Assembly (NCBI GenBank): GCA_045638945.1
Contig: JAZUCF010000012.1
Coordinates: forward strand, 74,086 to 138,085
Source: Clostridia bacterium
Lineage (GTDB): Bacteria; Bacillota; Clostridia; UMGS1883
Direction of reading: 5' to 3'
DNA length: 64,000 bases
The first letter of the stretch is position 1, and each line of letters opens with the position of its first letter. The notes below the pieces were generated by a model that was not told the origin of the DNA, searched no databases, and worked only from the letters and a program-made list of their open reading frames with translations. Made by a program: the position numbers and the translations under genes. This document shows, piece by piece, positions 47,199-57,802 of the stretch.

Positions 47199-50100
47199 AT
47201 GTCATTGAAACTTGTTTGCGGCAGAAGCGGAAGCGGAAAAAGCACACACATGCTCAGGGAAATGGAGAAAGATTCCAAACCTGTTTATATTGTTCCGGAG
47301 CAGCACTCTTTTTCTGCTGAAAAAAAACTCATTGAGGTTTTTGGGGCAGTCGGCTTGGACGGGCCGCAGGTTCTCAGCTTTATGAGGCTTGCCGACCATG
47401 TATTTTCAAAATATGGTTCTCCCGAATTTATTTCGGACGGTGCTTCATACGAAATGCTTGTAAGCTATTGTGCAAACTGCGTTAATCCTGAAAAGCTGCG
47501 TCTTTTTGACGGTCTGGTGAAAAGAAATGAACTGTCACAGACTGCTTCTGCACTTATAACGACATTCAAACGCTATTGCATAAGCCCCGAAATGCTGCAA
47601 AACGCTATCGATAAAACCGAGGACGAGTTGCTTAAAAAAAAGCTTTCCGATTCGCTTATTGTATATAACCAATATCTTAACGAATTACGAACGGCGAACA
47701 TACACGACCAAAACGACAAGCTTTCCTCTCTTGCCAATGTATTAGCAGATGAAAACTGCGATTTTTTAAACGGCAGAAATATATACATAGACCAATTTTC
47801 AGATTTTGACCCCAGCGAATGTGAATGTATAAAGGTTATGCTGAAAAGATGTAATAAAGTCACCATTGCTCTTTGCAGTGATTTTGGAGAGGAATTTGAA
47901 ACGGTAAACCGCACATTGCAAAAGCTTCAGATGATAGCAAAGGAGTGTGGTGCTGAAATTGAGCCTATGGTCGAGCTTTCTTCCGCTATGTACGGAGCAA
48001 AGCCGATGATACGCCATCTTGAGCATTTTTACTTTGATGATAACCCTGCTGTTTTTGCAGGAACGGATGATAGCATACGGCTTTTCTGCGGTAAAGACAG
48101 AAGCTCAGAAACTCATTATATTGCACGTGAGATAATAAAGCTTGTCAGAGATAAAAATATGCGTTTCAGGGATATTTCCATTATTGCAAGGGACGCGGAA
48201 ATTTACAAAAAAAATATAGAACGCATTTTTCCCCTTTATGATATTCCGCTTTTTGTAGACAGTAAGATGCCCCTTTCCGGGCACAGTATAACAGTATTTA
48301 TAACAAGTATTCTTGAAATCGCATTGGGCGGTTTCACGTATGAAAACATATTTGCATATATAAAAAGTCCATTTTCTCCGCTAAATGAAAATGAGGCTGA
48401 TTTATTGGAGAATTATTGCCTTGCTGCTGGGATTCGTCCTTACGCATGGAGCAAGCCTTTTACCGCGGTTGCTAAAACGTACGACAACGATTCTTCAGCA
48501 AAAAAAGAACTCTTTAGTGCGGAGAAACTTATTGAAATCAACACTTTAAGGGAAAAAGTATATAGCCCTCTTAACAGTCTTGTTTCAAAGCTTCGCAAGA
48601 AATCCACGGTAAGCACCTTTTGCACACTGTTATTTGATTTTTTTGAGTCAATCAAGCTTGAAGAAAAAATCAAGCTTTACTCAATTAATCTGGAAGATGG
48701 CGGAGAAAATCTTTTTGCACTTCAAACGATGCAGGTTTATAACATTCTCATAGATATTTTCGATGACATATGCAGCGTTCTGGGCGAAAAAGAGCTTTCT
48801 CTCCGTGAATTTCACACTACAATTACCGCAGGATTGCAAGCCGTTGAAATAGGTACTATTCCCACATCTTCCGACTGTGTTACAATCGGAAGCATTGACA
48901 GAATCAAGGGACACGGTGCAAAAGTAATATTCCTTGCGGGTGTAAACAGCGGCATATTCCCTGCTTCCCCTGCGGAGAACGGCTTCTTTACTGATGATGA
49001 TAAAAAAGCACTTGAGTCATACGGAATTGAAATGCCGCCCACCCTTGAAAAAATGGCACAAAGCGAACAGATGCTTGTTTACGAAGCTCTTACCTGTGCA
49101 GGGGAAAAGCTTTACATCTGTTATGCCTCCTCCGATAATAATTCCGCTCCCCTTCTCCCTTCTGAAATAGTGGAAAGGATAATGAGTATTTTCCCTGATG
49201 TTTTGTTTGAGGAAGATATTGTAACAGAGCCTTCGGGATTAGATATTATCACAGCTAAAAAGGCTGTCTTCGATGTTTTACTTTCAAAAATACGTGCCTT
49301 TGAAAAGGAGGGTAAGCCGCTTGATGACAACCTGAGGGCTGCGGCGTACTACTTCAGTAAGGACGAAACATTTTCACGGCTACTTTATTATGCAATTAAT
49401 ATGACGGGCTACACCAATGAGACTGTCAATATCAATCCTGAACTTATGGAAAAAGCACTTGGCAAGGAAGGTATAAAAACAAGCATTTCCCGTCTTGAGA
49501 CTTATAACAAGTGTCCGTTCTCATATTTTGCAAAATACATACTAAAGCTTGAGCCAAAGCAAAAATTTGAGCTAAGTGTATCTGACAGCGGTTCTTTCCT
49601 GCATGATTTTTTAGACAGGTTTTCAACGCTTGTCGTTTCCTCTACTGATGCGTCAGGAAATCCCCTTACCTGGGCAAAAATAGATAACGATTTTATAAAG
49701 ATTAACACGCCTAAGATTTTAGAAGAAATCCTTGGCGGTGTTAACGCAAGCATACTTGAAATCCCGAGAATAAATGCACTTTTTAAAAGGCTTTGCAATA
49801 CGGCGCAGCAATCACTTTATGCCGTAAGACACCACATTGTAAAGAGTGATTTTATACCTATGGGGTATGAAATTTCCTTTGATGAAAATGGAGATTTTAA
49901 ACCAGTTAAACTAAAGCTTGACGATGGCAAGGAAATCCTTCTTCGCGGAAGAATAGACCGTGCAGATACTTTTGACGTTAATTTAACTGACGGAAGCATG
50001 GGTAAATTTGTTCGTATTGTCGATTATAAAAGTACAGATAAAACTCTTTCACTTTCAGATGTTTATAATGGAATACAATTACAGCTTTTCGTCTACCTGT

Positions 50101-50558
50101 CTGCACTTTGCACAAACGGCTACTCCCCTGCGGGAATCCTTTATTGCAATCTTTCCGACCCTATAGTTGAGGTATCTCCCGAAGATTCCGAGGAAGATAT
50201 TTTGTTAAAACGAAACAACGCACGTCGTATGGGAGGTATTGTTTTATCGGAAAACAATATGCTCGAGCACATGGGCGGAAATGACATATTAAAGACAAAG
50301 AAAGCAATAAGTGCAAAGAATTTTAATTCAATGTTCAGACATCTGAATCGAGTAATAAAAAGAACGGCTGAAAATATATATGCGGGGAAATACCCAATTG
50401 AGTGTCAGAAGAACGCCTGCGATTATTGCGATTACAAAGGTTTGTGTCTGTTTGACAATGCGTTTTCAGGGTGCAGAAACAGCAATGCAATCACACTCAA
50501 GGATGATGAGATTTGGGAAATTCTTGAAAAGGAGGTTAGCCAGAATGAAATGGACTGA
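47199..50558 (+). CDS. addB: helicase-exonuclease AddAB subunit AddB (RexB)
   Basis: 1119 aa. N-terminal Walker A GRSGSGKST. C-terminal RecB-type nuclease with Fe-S cysteines (CPFSYF ... CDYCDYKGLC). Confidence 0.92.
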   Translation: MSLKLVCGRSGSGKSTHMLREMEKDSKPVYIVPEQHSFSAEKKLIEVFGAVGLDGPQVLSFMRLADHVFSKYGSPEFISDGASYEMLVSYCANCVNPEKLRLFDGLVKRNELSQTASALITTFKRYCISPEMLQNAIDKTEDELLKKKLSDSLIVYNQYLNELRTANIHDQNDKLSSLANVLADENCDFLNGRNIYIDQFSDFDPSECECIKVMLKRCNKVTIALCSDFGEEFETVNRTLQKLQMIAKECGAEIEPMVELSSAMYGAKPMIRHLEHFYFDDNPAVFAGTDDSIRLFCGKDRSSETHYIAREIIKLVRDKNMRFRDISIIARDAEIYKKNIERIFPLYDIPLFVDSKMPLSGHSITVFITSILEIALGGFTYENIFAYIKSPFSPLNENEADLLENYCLAAGIRPYAWSKPFTAVAKTYDNDSSAKKELFSAEKLIEINTLREKVYSPLNSLVSKLRKKSTVSTFCTLLFDFFESIKLEEKIKLYSINLEDGGENLFALQTMQVYNILIDIFDDICSVLGEKELSLREFHTTITAGLQAVEIGTIPTSSDCVTIGSIDRIKGHGAKVIFLAGVNSGIFPASPAENGFFTDDDKKALESYGIEMPPTLEKMAQSEQMLVYEALTCAGEKLYICYASSDNNSAPLLPSEIVERIMSIFPDVLFEEDIVTEPSGLDIITAKKAVFDVLLSKIRAFEKEGKPLDDNLRAAAYYFSKDETFSRLLYYAINMTGYTNETVNINPELMEKALGKEGIKTSISRLETYNKCPFSYFAKYILKLEPKQKFELSVSDSGSFLHDFLDRFSTLVVSSTDASGNPLTWAKIDNDFIKINTPKILEEILGGVNASILEIPRINALFKRLCNTAQQSLYAVRHHIVKSDFIPMGYEISFDENGDFKPVKLKLDDGKEILLRGRIDRADTFDVNLTDGSMGKFVRIVDYKSTDKTLSLSDVYNGIQLQLFVYLSALCTNGYSPAGILYCNLSDPIVEVSPEDSEEDILLKRNNARRMGGIVLSENNMLEHMGGNDILKTKKAISAKNFNSMFRHLNRVIKRTAENIYAGKYPIECQKNACDYCDYKGLCLFDNAFSGCRNSNAITLKDDEIWEILEKEVSQNEMD

Positions 50559-53500
50559 AGATCAGGAAAAAGCAATTTTCGCCAATCCTGCCGAGATTGT
50601 TGTAAGTGCCGCAGCGGGCAGCGGAAAAACGCAGATTCTGACAACAAGAATAATCGAAAGATTAAAACAGAGCGATAACCCTGTATCTATCGAAAAGCTC
50701 TTGATTGTGACATTTACCAAAGCGGCTGCCGCCGAAATGCGGGAACGTATAGGAAAAGCACTAAAAAATGCGGTAAAAGCAGAGTCGGATGCTTCATTGC
50801 GTAAACACTTGAAAAAGCAGCTTACGCTATTGGGAAGTGCACATATTTGTACTATTGATTCTTTCTGTTACGATGTTGTAAAGCAAAACTTCTTTACAGT
50901 AAATCTCCCCTCCGATATAGCTATCGGTGAGCAGGGAGAGCTGGCACTTCTAAAGCTATCAGCCCTGGAAGATACCATTGACGCATTGTATTGTGCACTG
51001 GAAAAGAAAAAAGGAAACAATCTCTCCGAAGACAATCTCCTTCTCGCCTCTCTGGCGGAAGATTACTTCACGGACAAGGAAGAGCTTGATTTAATTTTAG
51101 ACGGGTTCGAAGCACTTACCAATACATGTTCATACGACAAACGCGATTCGGATTTTTCTGAAAACATTAAAGGTAACGGCGATTATTCCACAATGATTTC
51201 TTCCCTTTACTCAAAAGCCCAATCCGCGGCATACCCCGACCTGTGGCTTAAGTCGGCATCCGATGCGTATAATCCCGAAATAACAAATTACGAGGATACA
51301 ATTTTCTATAAACATGCATTTTCCGAATGTACACGCATTATTGATAATTCTTTACATTCACTAAAAGAGCTTGAAGAAATTTCCCTTGCAAACGGAATCG
51401 GTTACGAGCAAACATTGAGAAACGATTATGAATCGCTTTTTCCTTTATCCGAATGTTCCGACTACAATTCTCTTTATGCTGCATCCAAAAACAAGGTTTT
51501 CTTTGCTGATTTAAAAGGCAGAAAAAGAAACATTAACAAGGAACTTGCCGACTCCATAAAAAATGCACGCGCAAGCATAAAGGATAATGTGAATGAAACC
51601 TTAAAAAAACTCATTGAATTTTCACTTGAGGAATGTGATTCATTAAGAATTCAGCTTTACCCTCAGATTAAAGCCCTATGTTCTGCCGCATCTCTTCTGG
51701 GAGATATTTATTACCGAAAAATGGTTGCACGAAAGATTATTGATTTTTCCGCCTGTGAGCATCTTGCTATGCAAATCATTTCGGAAGACGGAATCAATCT
51801 GAGCGATGTGGGTGTTTCGCTAAAGAATAAGTATGATGAAATCTATATTGATGAGATGCAGGATTCAAACGAATTGCAGGAAATGCTGTTTTCTTTCATT
51901 TCAAAAGGAAGAAGCTTCATGGTTGGTGACGTAAAACAAAGTATATACGGCTTCAGAAACGCTGACCCGTCCATTTTTATGAAAAAATGCAATGATTCCG
52001 AGTTTGATGAAGTTTCCCCGAAGCGGAAGATATTTCTTGCTAAGAATTTCAGAAGCAAAAAACGTGTTATAGACGGAGTTAACAGCATTTTCGACGTTGT
52101 AATGACCGGGAGCGTATGCTCTATTGATTACAAGGCAGAGCACAGGCTCCTTTTCGGCACTGATTTTATTCCCGAGAAGGAACCTTCTGAAAAGTGCGAG
52201 ATTGCAATTATCAGCGAAAGCGGAAATTCAACTGAGCAAACATTCAACGAAGCATGCTATATTGCCTCTGAAATCAAAAAAATAATTGCAGAAAAGAAAC
52301 AGGTATGGGACAAGGATATTAACGATTTCAGAGATGCGGAATACAGAGATTTTTCCGTTTTAATGCGTGCACTGAAAAACTACTCACAAGTATACGAAGA
52401 GGCTTTTGCACTCCACGGTATCCCTTGCTATATAGACGGAAGCAATGACCTTTATGAAACTACCGAGGTCGGTCAGATAATTGAGATACTTAAACTGATA
52501 GACAATGCTCAGAGTGACATTTCCTTAGCCTGCACACTTCGAAGCCCGATGTTTATGTTTGATGAAAATGAGCTTCTTGAAATCAAGCTTCAGTCCAGGG
52601 AAAGCTTTTGCGATGCATTTTACGGAATTTGCGATAAAAAATATTCCGTAAGAAAAACTCTCAGAGAAAAGTGTAAAACCTTTAAATCACAGCTTGACAA
52701 ATGGAGGTTTGTATCGGGATTTATGTCTGTGGAAGATATTATACAGCGAATTTATACCGATACGGGCATATACAGCAATGTTCTTGCCTTTCCCGATGGG
52801 CAATTAAGACGTGCAAACCTGGATTTGTTATTGGAAAAGGCTGCTGAATTTGAACGCTCAAGCTACAGTGGACTATTTAACTTCGTAAACTACGTGCGTA
52901 ACATAAAAAAGACCTCCGACAGTACAAGCGAGGCAAAGGCAATTAATGAAAAAATGAACGTAGTTCGTATTATGACAATACACAAATCAAAGGGACTGGA
53001 ATTCCCATACGTTTTTGTTGCAAATTGTGCAAAAAGTTACAAGTCGGCATCTGTAGGTGCAGGCGGACTTATCGTAAACAGCCGCGTCGGAATAGGCATG
53101 AATGTCATAAACCCCCTCTTAAGGTGCAAATACAATTCTCCTCCGCAGACTGTGTTACTCAATATGGCATCAAAGGATGATAAAGCAGAGGAAATGCGTC
53201 TTTTATACGTTGCCCTTACCCGTGCGAGGGAGAAAATATATGTCGTTGCAACGCTGAAGAATTACGAAGCCTTTGAAAAGCTTCAGCTTTGTCCGTCGAT
53301 TACTCTTACAGCAGATAATATTCTTTCTTGTAAAAGCTACATTGCACTTATTGCACTCGCCTTTTCGCGCGGAGGCGATAAATACTGGAATCTGTCGTTT
53401 AAATCTCCCATAGAAAACGAAATAAAGGAAGAATCAAAAGAAGATTTTAAGTCACTGTTTTGCGAAAACAGTGAAATTTCGGCAATGCTTGCATATGAAT

Positions 53501-54159
53501 ATCCGCACAGGGAGGCTGTTTTTCTTCCCAACAAAGCTTCGGTATCCTTATTAAAGTCGGCAGATATTAATTTAGCCCCTGCAAGCGACGGAAATATTCC
53601 AATGCTGAATACTCCTTCATGCAAGAGAGTTTCGCTGAAAAAACCGCAGTTTCGCAGCTTGAAATCGGGAGGCGTATTTTTCGGAAATACACATCATAAG
53701 GTTTTGCAGTATATTGATTACAACGGTGCATCTGTAAAAGAACAATGTGACGAGTTTTTAAAGTCGGGAATTATTTCGGCAGAAGAAAGGGAAATTATAT
53801 CAATTGAGAAGATTGAACTGTTTCTTTCAAGCCCGTTAGGAGAAAGACTTAAAAAATCGCCCTCTGTTCACAGAGAAGAGCCTTTTGTTATTTCAGTTAA
53901 AGCCTCCGAAATACAGCCGTCGCTTCCCGACGATGAAACAATATGCGTGCAGGGAATCATTGACTGTTATTTCGAAGAAGACGGCTGTATCGTTTTGGTA
54001 GACTACAAAACGGATGCATATGACAATCCTGACGAAATCGTCAAAAAGTATGAAAAACAGCTTTATTATTATGAAAAGGCTTTGAAATGTAAATGTAAAG
54101 ATAAATTAATAAAAAAGTATCTTTACTTACTCTATAAAAATGATATAATAGAGCTATAA
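50545..54159 (+). CDS. addA: helicase-exonuclease AddAB subunit AddA (RexA)
   Basis: 1204 aa from MKWTEDQEKAI behind GGAGG. UvrD-type Walker A AAAGSGKTQ. C-terminal RecB nuclease (GIIDCYF...LVDYKTD). The ORF-track start at 50380 lies inside addB. Confidence 0.92.
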   Translation: MKWTEDQEKAIFANPAEIVVSAAAGSGKTQILTTRIIERLKQSDNPVSIEKLLIVTFTKAAAAEMRERIGKALKNAVKAESDASLRKHLKKQLTLLGSAHICTIDSFCYDVVKQNFFTVNLPSDIAIGEQGELALLKLSALEDTIDALYCALEKKKGNNLSEDNLLLASLAEDYFTDKEELDLILDGFEALTNTCSYDKRDSDFSENIKGNGDYSTMISSLYSKAQSAAYPDLWLKSASDAYNPEITNYEDTIFYKHAFSECTRIIDNSLHSLKELEEISLANGIGYEQTLRNDYESLFPLSECSDYNSLYAASKNKVFFADLKGRKRNINKELADSIKNARASIKDNVNETLKKLIEFSLEECDSLRIQLYPQIKALCSAASLLGDIYYRKMVARKIIDFSACEHLAMQIISEDGINLSDVGVSLKNKYDEIYIDEMQDSNELQEMLFSFISKGRSFMVGDVKQSIYGFRNADPSIFMKKCNDSEFDEVSPKRKIFLAKNFRSKKRVIDGVNSIFDVVMTGSVCSIDYKAEHRLLFGTDFIPEKEPSEKCEIAIISESGNSTEQTFNEACYIASEIKKIIAEKKQVWDKDINDFRDAEYRDFSVLMRALKNYSQVYEEAFALHGIPCYIDGSNDLYETTEVGQIIEILKLIDNAQSDISLACTLRSPMFMFDENELLEIKLQSRESFCDAFYGICDKKYSVRKTLREKCKTFKSQLDKWRFVSGFMSVEDIIQRIYTDTGIYSNVLAFPDGQLRRANLDLLLEKAAEFERSSYSGLFNFVNYVRNIKKTSDSTSEAKAINEKMNVVRIMTIHKSKGLEFPYVFVANCAKSYKSASVGAGGLIVNSRVGIGMNVINPLLRCKYNSPPQTVLLNMASKDDKAEEMRLLYVALTRAREKIYVVATLKNYEAFEKLQLCPSITLTADNILSCKSYIALIALAFSRGGDKYWNLSFKSPIENEIKEESKEDFKSLFCENSEISAMLAYEYPHREAVFLPNKASVSLLKSADINLAPASDGNIPMLNTPSCKRVSLKKPQFRSLKSGGVFFGNTHHKVLQYIDYNGASVKEQCDEFLKSGIISAEEREIISIEKIELFLSSPLGERLKKSPSVHREEPFVISVKASEIQPSLPDDETICVQGIIDCYFEEDGCIVLVDYKTDAYDNPDEIVKKYEKQLYYYEKALKCKCKDKLIKKYLYLLYKNDIIEL

Positions 54160-54189
54160 TGTGAATTTTCTTTAGGAGGTACATATATA

Positions 54190-54927
54190 ATGTCAGAAAA
54201 TATTGACGAAACAAAAGCCATAAAGCTTCCAAGCGAATGCGGAAATACTGCCGTTATGGTTAAATCTGAAGAAAGAACATACGGAAGTGATTCAAATACT
54301 CTTGATGAAGAAACTGTTGAGCAGCTTGTGGAGGATAGATTCGTTTCAGGAATTGTTGCTCCGCATGTCAGAAAAAAGCAGCCTGTCCGCAGGGCTAAGA
54401 CAACTAATCGGAAAAGAAAAAAGAAAAGAAGCCTTGCAATGAACGCTTTGATAGTTCTGCTCATATCTGTATTGATATGCATTGTATGCTTTGTTGCCTC
54501 TTATCTGATTTTCTCACAGCCTGACAATTCTTCCGAAAACTCAAATCCCTATGATTACAGTGTCGGAGGAAAGCCCCCTGTAAAAACAGAGGAACCTGCT
54601 ATAGAAAATGAACCCGAAACAGATGAGGAAGAAAATGCAAATACTGAAGTTTCAGATGAAAGAACCGATGATAAGCAGGAAAAGAAGCAAGAAACAAAGC
54701 CTGCACAGAAAGAATCCTCTACAGCAAAACCGCAGAAAAACAATTCTGTAACAAGCACTGAAAAAGAGCCAGTATCCGAAGTAATTAAACCGAGCAAGCC
54801 TGAAAAAGAGAAACCCACAACAGCTAAGCCAAACAGCGAGGATACCTCTTCATCTGCAAAACCGAGCGAAGATGCTCCAAGCAAGCCATCAAATGATAAC
54901 TCAAACGAAGGTATAGTTTTTGAATAA
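54190..54927 (+). CDS. single-pass membrane protein with low-complexity K/E/P/S-rich extracytoplasmic tail
   Basis: 245 aa. Basic patch RKRKKKR, then one TM helix, then a compositionally biased tail. AGGAGG RBS. Confidence 0.6.
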   Translation: MSENIDETKAIKLPSECGNTAVMVKSEERTYGSDSNTLDEETVEQLVEDRFVSGIVAPHVRKKQPVRRAKTTNRKRKKKRSLAMNALIVLLISVLICIVCFVASYLIFSQPDNSSENSNPYDYSVGGKPPVKTEEPAIENEPETDEEENANTEVSDERTDDKQEKKQETKPAQKESSTAKPQKNNSVTSTEKEPVSEVIKPSKPEKEKPTTAKPNSEDTSSSAKPSEDAPSKPSNDNSNEGIVFE

Positions 54928-54941
54928 TGGAGGTTTTGTTT

Positions 54942-55139
54942 GTGAAAACAAACGGTGCGGATAAGCTTATTTCAAAAATGATAGACCGCGAATATGCCGA
55001 AATGGCAGACCTTCCCGAAGATCAGCTCTATGAGGAGCTTTTTGATGACGAAGATGCATTGGTAGACGAAAAGAAAGATGAGGACTACTACGCTAACAGA
55101 ATTGCAAAGGGATATGGTTTAACAGATAACAAAATATAA
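54942..55139 (+). CDS. small acidic hypothetical protein
   Basis: 65 aa from the GTG 8 nt after GGAGG; the ORF track starts at ATG 54927. Followed by a strong terminator. Confidence 0.45.
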   Translation: MKTNGADKLISKMIDREYAEMADLPEDQLYEELFDDEDALVDEKKDEDYYANRIAKGYGLTDNKI

Positions 55140-55145
55140 CTTGGA

Positions 55146-55179
55146 AAAAGATGCGATTTAGGGTAAAATCGCATCTTTT
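55146..55179 (+). terminator. intrinsic terminator
   Basis: 14-bp stem AAAAGATGCGATTT / AAATCGCATCTTTT. Confidence 0.8.
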
Positions 55180-55271
55180 ATTTGTAAAAAAACTATTATA
55201 TTTCTTTTAATTATTGAAATATTATAATTAATATGGTAAACTAAGGAAAAAAACACAGAGAGGAACTTATT

Positions 55272-56696
55272 ATGCGTAAGACTAAAATTATTTGCACCGT
55301 TGGCCCCGCATGTAACAATGAAGATACATTGACAAAAATGTGTCTTGCCGGAATGAATGTGGCAAGGCTTAATTTTTCGCATGGAACACATGCCCAGCAC
55401 AAAGAAATGATTGATTTAATAAAGAAGGTACGTGAAAAGTTATCCGTCCCTATTGCAATTATGCTCGATACAAAAGGTCCTGAATATAGAATTAAAACCT
55501 TTGAAAACGGCAAAATCACATTAAATGACGGCGAAACATTCACCTTTACAACAAAAGAGATTGTGGGTAATGATGAAAAAGTCAGCGTCAATTATAAGGG
55601 GTTAATTAATGACCTTGATATTGGAGATACCATACTTGTAAATAACGGTCTTGTAATTTTCAAGGTAAAGGAGCTTACCGATACGGATGCTGTTTGTGAC
55701 GTTATAACAGGCGGTGAGCTTTCAAACCAAAAGAGCATGAGCTTTCCCGAAAAGGTTTTAAAACAAACCTTTTTAAGCGAGCAGGATAAAAAGGATATTC
55801 TTTTCGGTATAGAAAATGACATAGACTATATTGCCGCTTCTTTTGTTTCTTGCGAACAGGATATGATAGATATTAAAACCTTTCTTAAGGAGAACGGTGG
55901 CGAAGAAATAGGTCTTGTTGCAAAGATTGAAAACAGGTTCGGCGTAAATAATCTTTATGATATCTGTAAGCATTGCGAGGGGGTAATGATTGCACGCGGA
56001 GATTTAGGAGTGGAAATTCCCTTTAAAGAGCTTCCTGCCGTACAGAAAAAGCTTGTAACCGCATGCAGAATGATGGGAAAAAGAATAATTACCGCTACCG
56101 AAATGCTTGAATCCATGATTCACAACCCCCGCCCCACCCGTGCTGAAATTTCTGACGTTGCCAATGCGGTATATGACGGCACCAGTGCAGTAATGCTGTC
56201 GGGAGAAACTGCAGCAGGAAAATATCCCGTTCAGACAGTGAAAATAATGAGCGACATCTGCGAAGAAACTGAAAATAATATTCACTATAATAAGCGTTTC
56301 CATAATTCTGATTTTGAAATAAGAAATAATATAGACGCGGTTTCCCATGCCGCTTGCTCTATGGCAATCGGTGTGAATGCAAAAGCGATTGCTGCTTGCA
56401 CACTTTCTGGAGCTACTGCAAGATTTATTTCCAGATTTCGTCCGATTGCAGATATTGTGGCTCTTACCGCCAATGCGAAGGTATGGCGTAAGCTTGCCCT
56501 ATCCTGGGGTGTTATCCCCGTTCTTTGCGAGGAGTACCCTTCTGCCGAGGTAATGTTTTACAGTGCTTCAAGAAAAACAAGTAAGCTTCTCAACCTTAAA
56601 CAGGGAGATAACATTATAATCGTAGGAGGAACAACCAGCGGAAAATCAGGACAAACAAATACCATACGGCTTGAAAGTATTACTGAAGCAAAATAA
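55272..56696 (+). CDS. pyk: pyruvate kinase
   Basis: 474 aa. MRKTKIICTVGPA, MNVARLNFSHG and MIARGDLGVEIP motifs. Confidence 0.93.
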   Translation: MRKTKIICTVGPACNNEDTLTKMCLAGMNVARLNFSHGTHAQHKEMIDLIKKVREKLSVPIAIMLDTKGPEYRIKTFENGKITLNDGETFTFTTKEIVGNDEKVSVNYKGLINDLDIGDTILVNNGLVIFKVKELTDTDAVCDVITGGELSNQKSMSFPEKVLKQTFLSEQDKKDILFGIENDIDYIAASFVSCEQDMIDIKTFLKENGGEEIGLVAKIENRFGVNNLYDICKHCEGVMIARGDLGVEIPFKELPAVQKKLVTACRMMGKRIITATEMLESMIHNPRPTRAEISDVANAVYDGTSAVMLSGETAAGKYPVQTVKIMSDICEETENNIHYNKRFHNSDFEIRNNIDAVSHAACSMAIGVNAKAIAACTLSGATARFISRFRPIADIVALTANAKVWRKLALSWGVIPVLCEEYPSAEVMFYSASRKTSKLLNLKQGDNIIIVGGTTSGKSGQTNTIRLESITEAK

Positions 56697-56771
56697 TTTA
56701 CCCTCCCCTTTTTTGACCGCTTCACTTCACACATCGCATTTTGATGCATATACTATTGTGAGGTGGTGTCG

Positions 56772-57407
56772 GTGTGTAAAGGCAGAGCTTTCCGCTTCAA
56801 AAAAATAGTGTGCTTTTCTCTGATTTTCATTGGTTTATTCTCTGTTTTTAGTGTATATCTTTTTTCAAAACACTTAAGACCTACAATAATATCAGTATCA
56901 CAAAAAACAGCTGAAAATGAGGTTTCGAGAATAATCGATGAGGAAATAAAACGATTAATGCTGGAAGAATTTCTGACATACGACAAAATCACTGTTATTT
57001 CCAGAGACTCGGGCGGAAATATTACTTCCGTAAGTGCAAATTCCGTTCTTATAAACAATTTTGCCAATGAGCTTGACATCTGTATCGGGAACAGGATTGA
57101 TAATACTGATACAATGAAAACCGACATCTACCTTTCAAGTCTTTTGGGAATGGATTTGCTTTCGGGAATAGGACCTAAGGTACCGCTGCGGTTTCAGCCC
57201 ATATCGGTTACACATGCAGATATTGCACATAAATTTGAACAATCAGGAATCAATCAAACACTGCACACAATAGAGCTTTCTATATGTATTGATATTGAGA
57301 TTTTATTACCTATGGCAAGCAGCACAATAACAGTTGTATCCGCTATGCCGATTGCACAGACCTTGATCGTCGGAACCGTTCCCAGAGAATATTTCAATAA
57401 AAATTAA
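56772..57407 (+). CDS. yunB: sporulation protein YunB
   Basis: N-terminal TM helix followed by a YunB-like domain. The start is uncertain: GTG 56772 lies behind GAGG, and the maximal ORF starts at 56763. Confidence 0.7.
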   Translation: MCKGRAFRFKKIVCFSLIFIGLFSVFSVYLFSKHLRPTIISVSQKTAENEVSRIIDEEIKRLMLEEFLTYDKITVISRDSGGNITSVSANSVLINNFANELDICIGNRIDNTDTMKTDIYLSSLLGMDLLSGIGPKVPLRFQPISVTHADIAHKFEQSGINQTLHTIELSICIDIEILLPMASSTITVVSAMPIAQTLIVGTVPREYFNKN

Positions 57408-57424
57408 AATTCCTTAAAAATTTA

Positions 57425-57453
57425 TTGACTAATTTAGAAAAAAGATATATAAT
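57425..57453 (+). promoter_or_regulatory. consensus-like sigma-A promoter of the second HPr gene
   Basis: TTGACT, 17-nt spacer, TATAAT. Confidence 0.6.
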
Positions 57454-57487
57454 TATATATGAATTTTTAGTAAGGAGCTTTCAGTTT

Positions 57488-57751
57488 ATGGTTTCAAAAG
57501 AGATTGTTGTGCAGAATCAGGTTGGTTTACACGCACGTCCTGCAACATTTTTTATACAAAAAGCAAATGAGTACAACTCTTCAATCTGGATATCCAAGGA
57601 TGAACGCAAGGTCAATGCAAAAAGCCTTCTCGGAGTTTTATCCTTGGGCATTACACGAGGTACTGCTGTTACATTAACTGCCGACGGTGCAGATGAAGAA
57701 GCAGCACTCGAGGCTTTGGAAAAACTTATTGCCTCAAATTTTGCAGAATAA
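57488..57751 (+). CDS. HPr family phosphocarrier protein (His15 and Ser46 both present)
   Basis: 87 aa from the ATG behind AAGGAG. GLHARPA and VNAKSLLGVLSLG motifs. Confidence 0.85.
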   Translation: MVSKEIVVQNQVGLHARPATFFIQKANEYNSSIWISKDERKVNAKSLLGVLSLGITRGTAVTLTADGADEEAALEALEKLIASNFAE

Positions 57752-57758
57752 AATTTTT

Positions 57759-57786
57759 AAAGCCTGACCCTGCGTCAGGCTTTTTG
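57759..57786 (+). terminator. intrinsic terminator after the second HPr gene
   Basis: AAAGCCTGAC-cctgc-GTCAGGCTTT followed by TTG. Confidence 0.8.
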
Positions 57787-57802
57787 ATTATCAGGAGCTA
57801 AT

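Noticed and set aside
50380-50544. N-terminal 55-aa extension of the AddA ORF in the ORF track
   Set aside because: The extension lies inside the addB coding region. The ATG at 50545 has a GGAGG RBS and gives the canonical MKWTEDQ...AAGSGKT AddA N-terminus.
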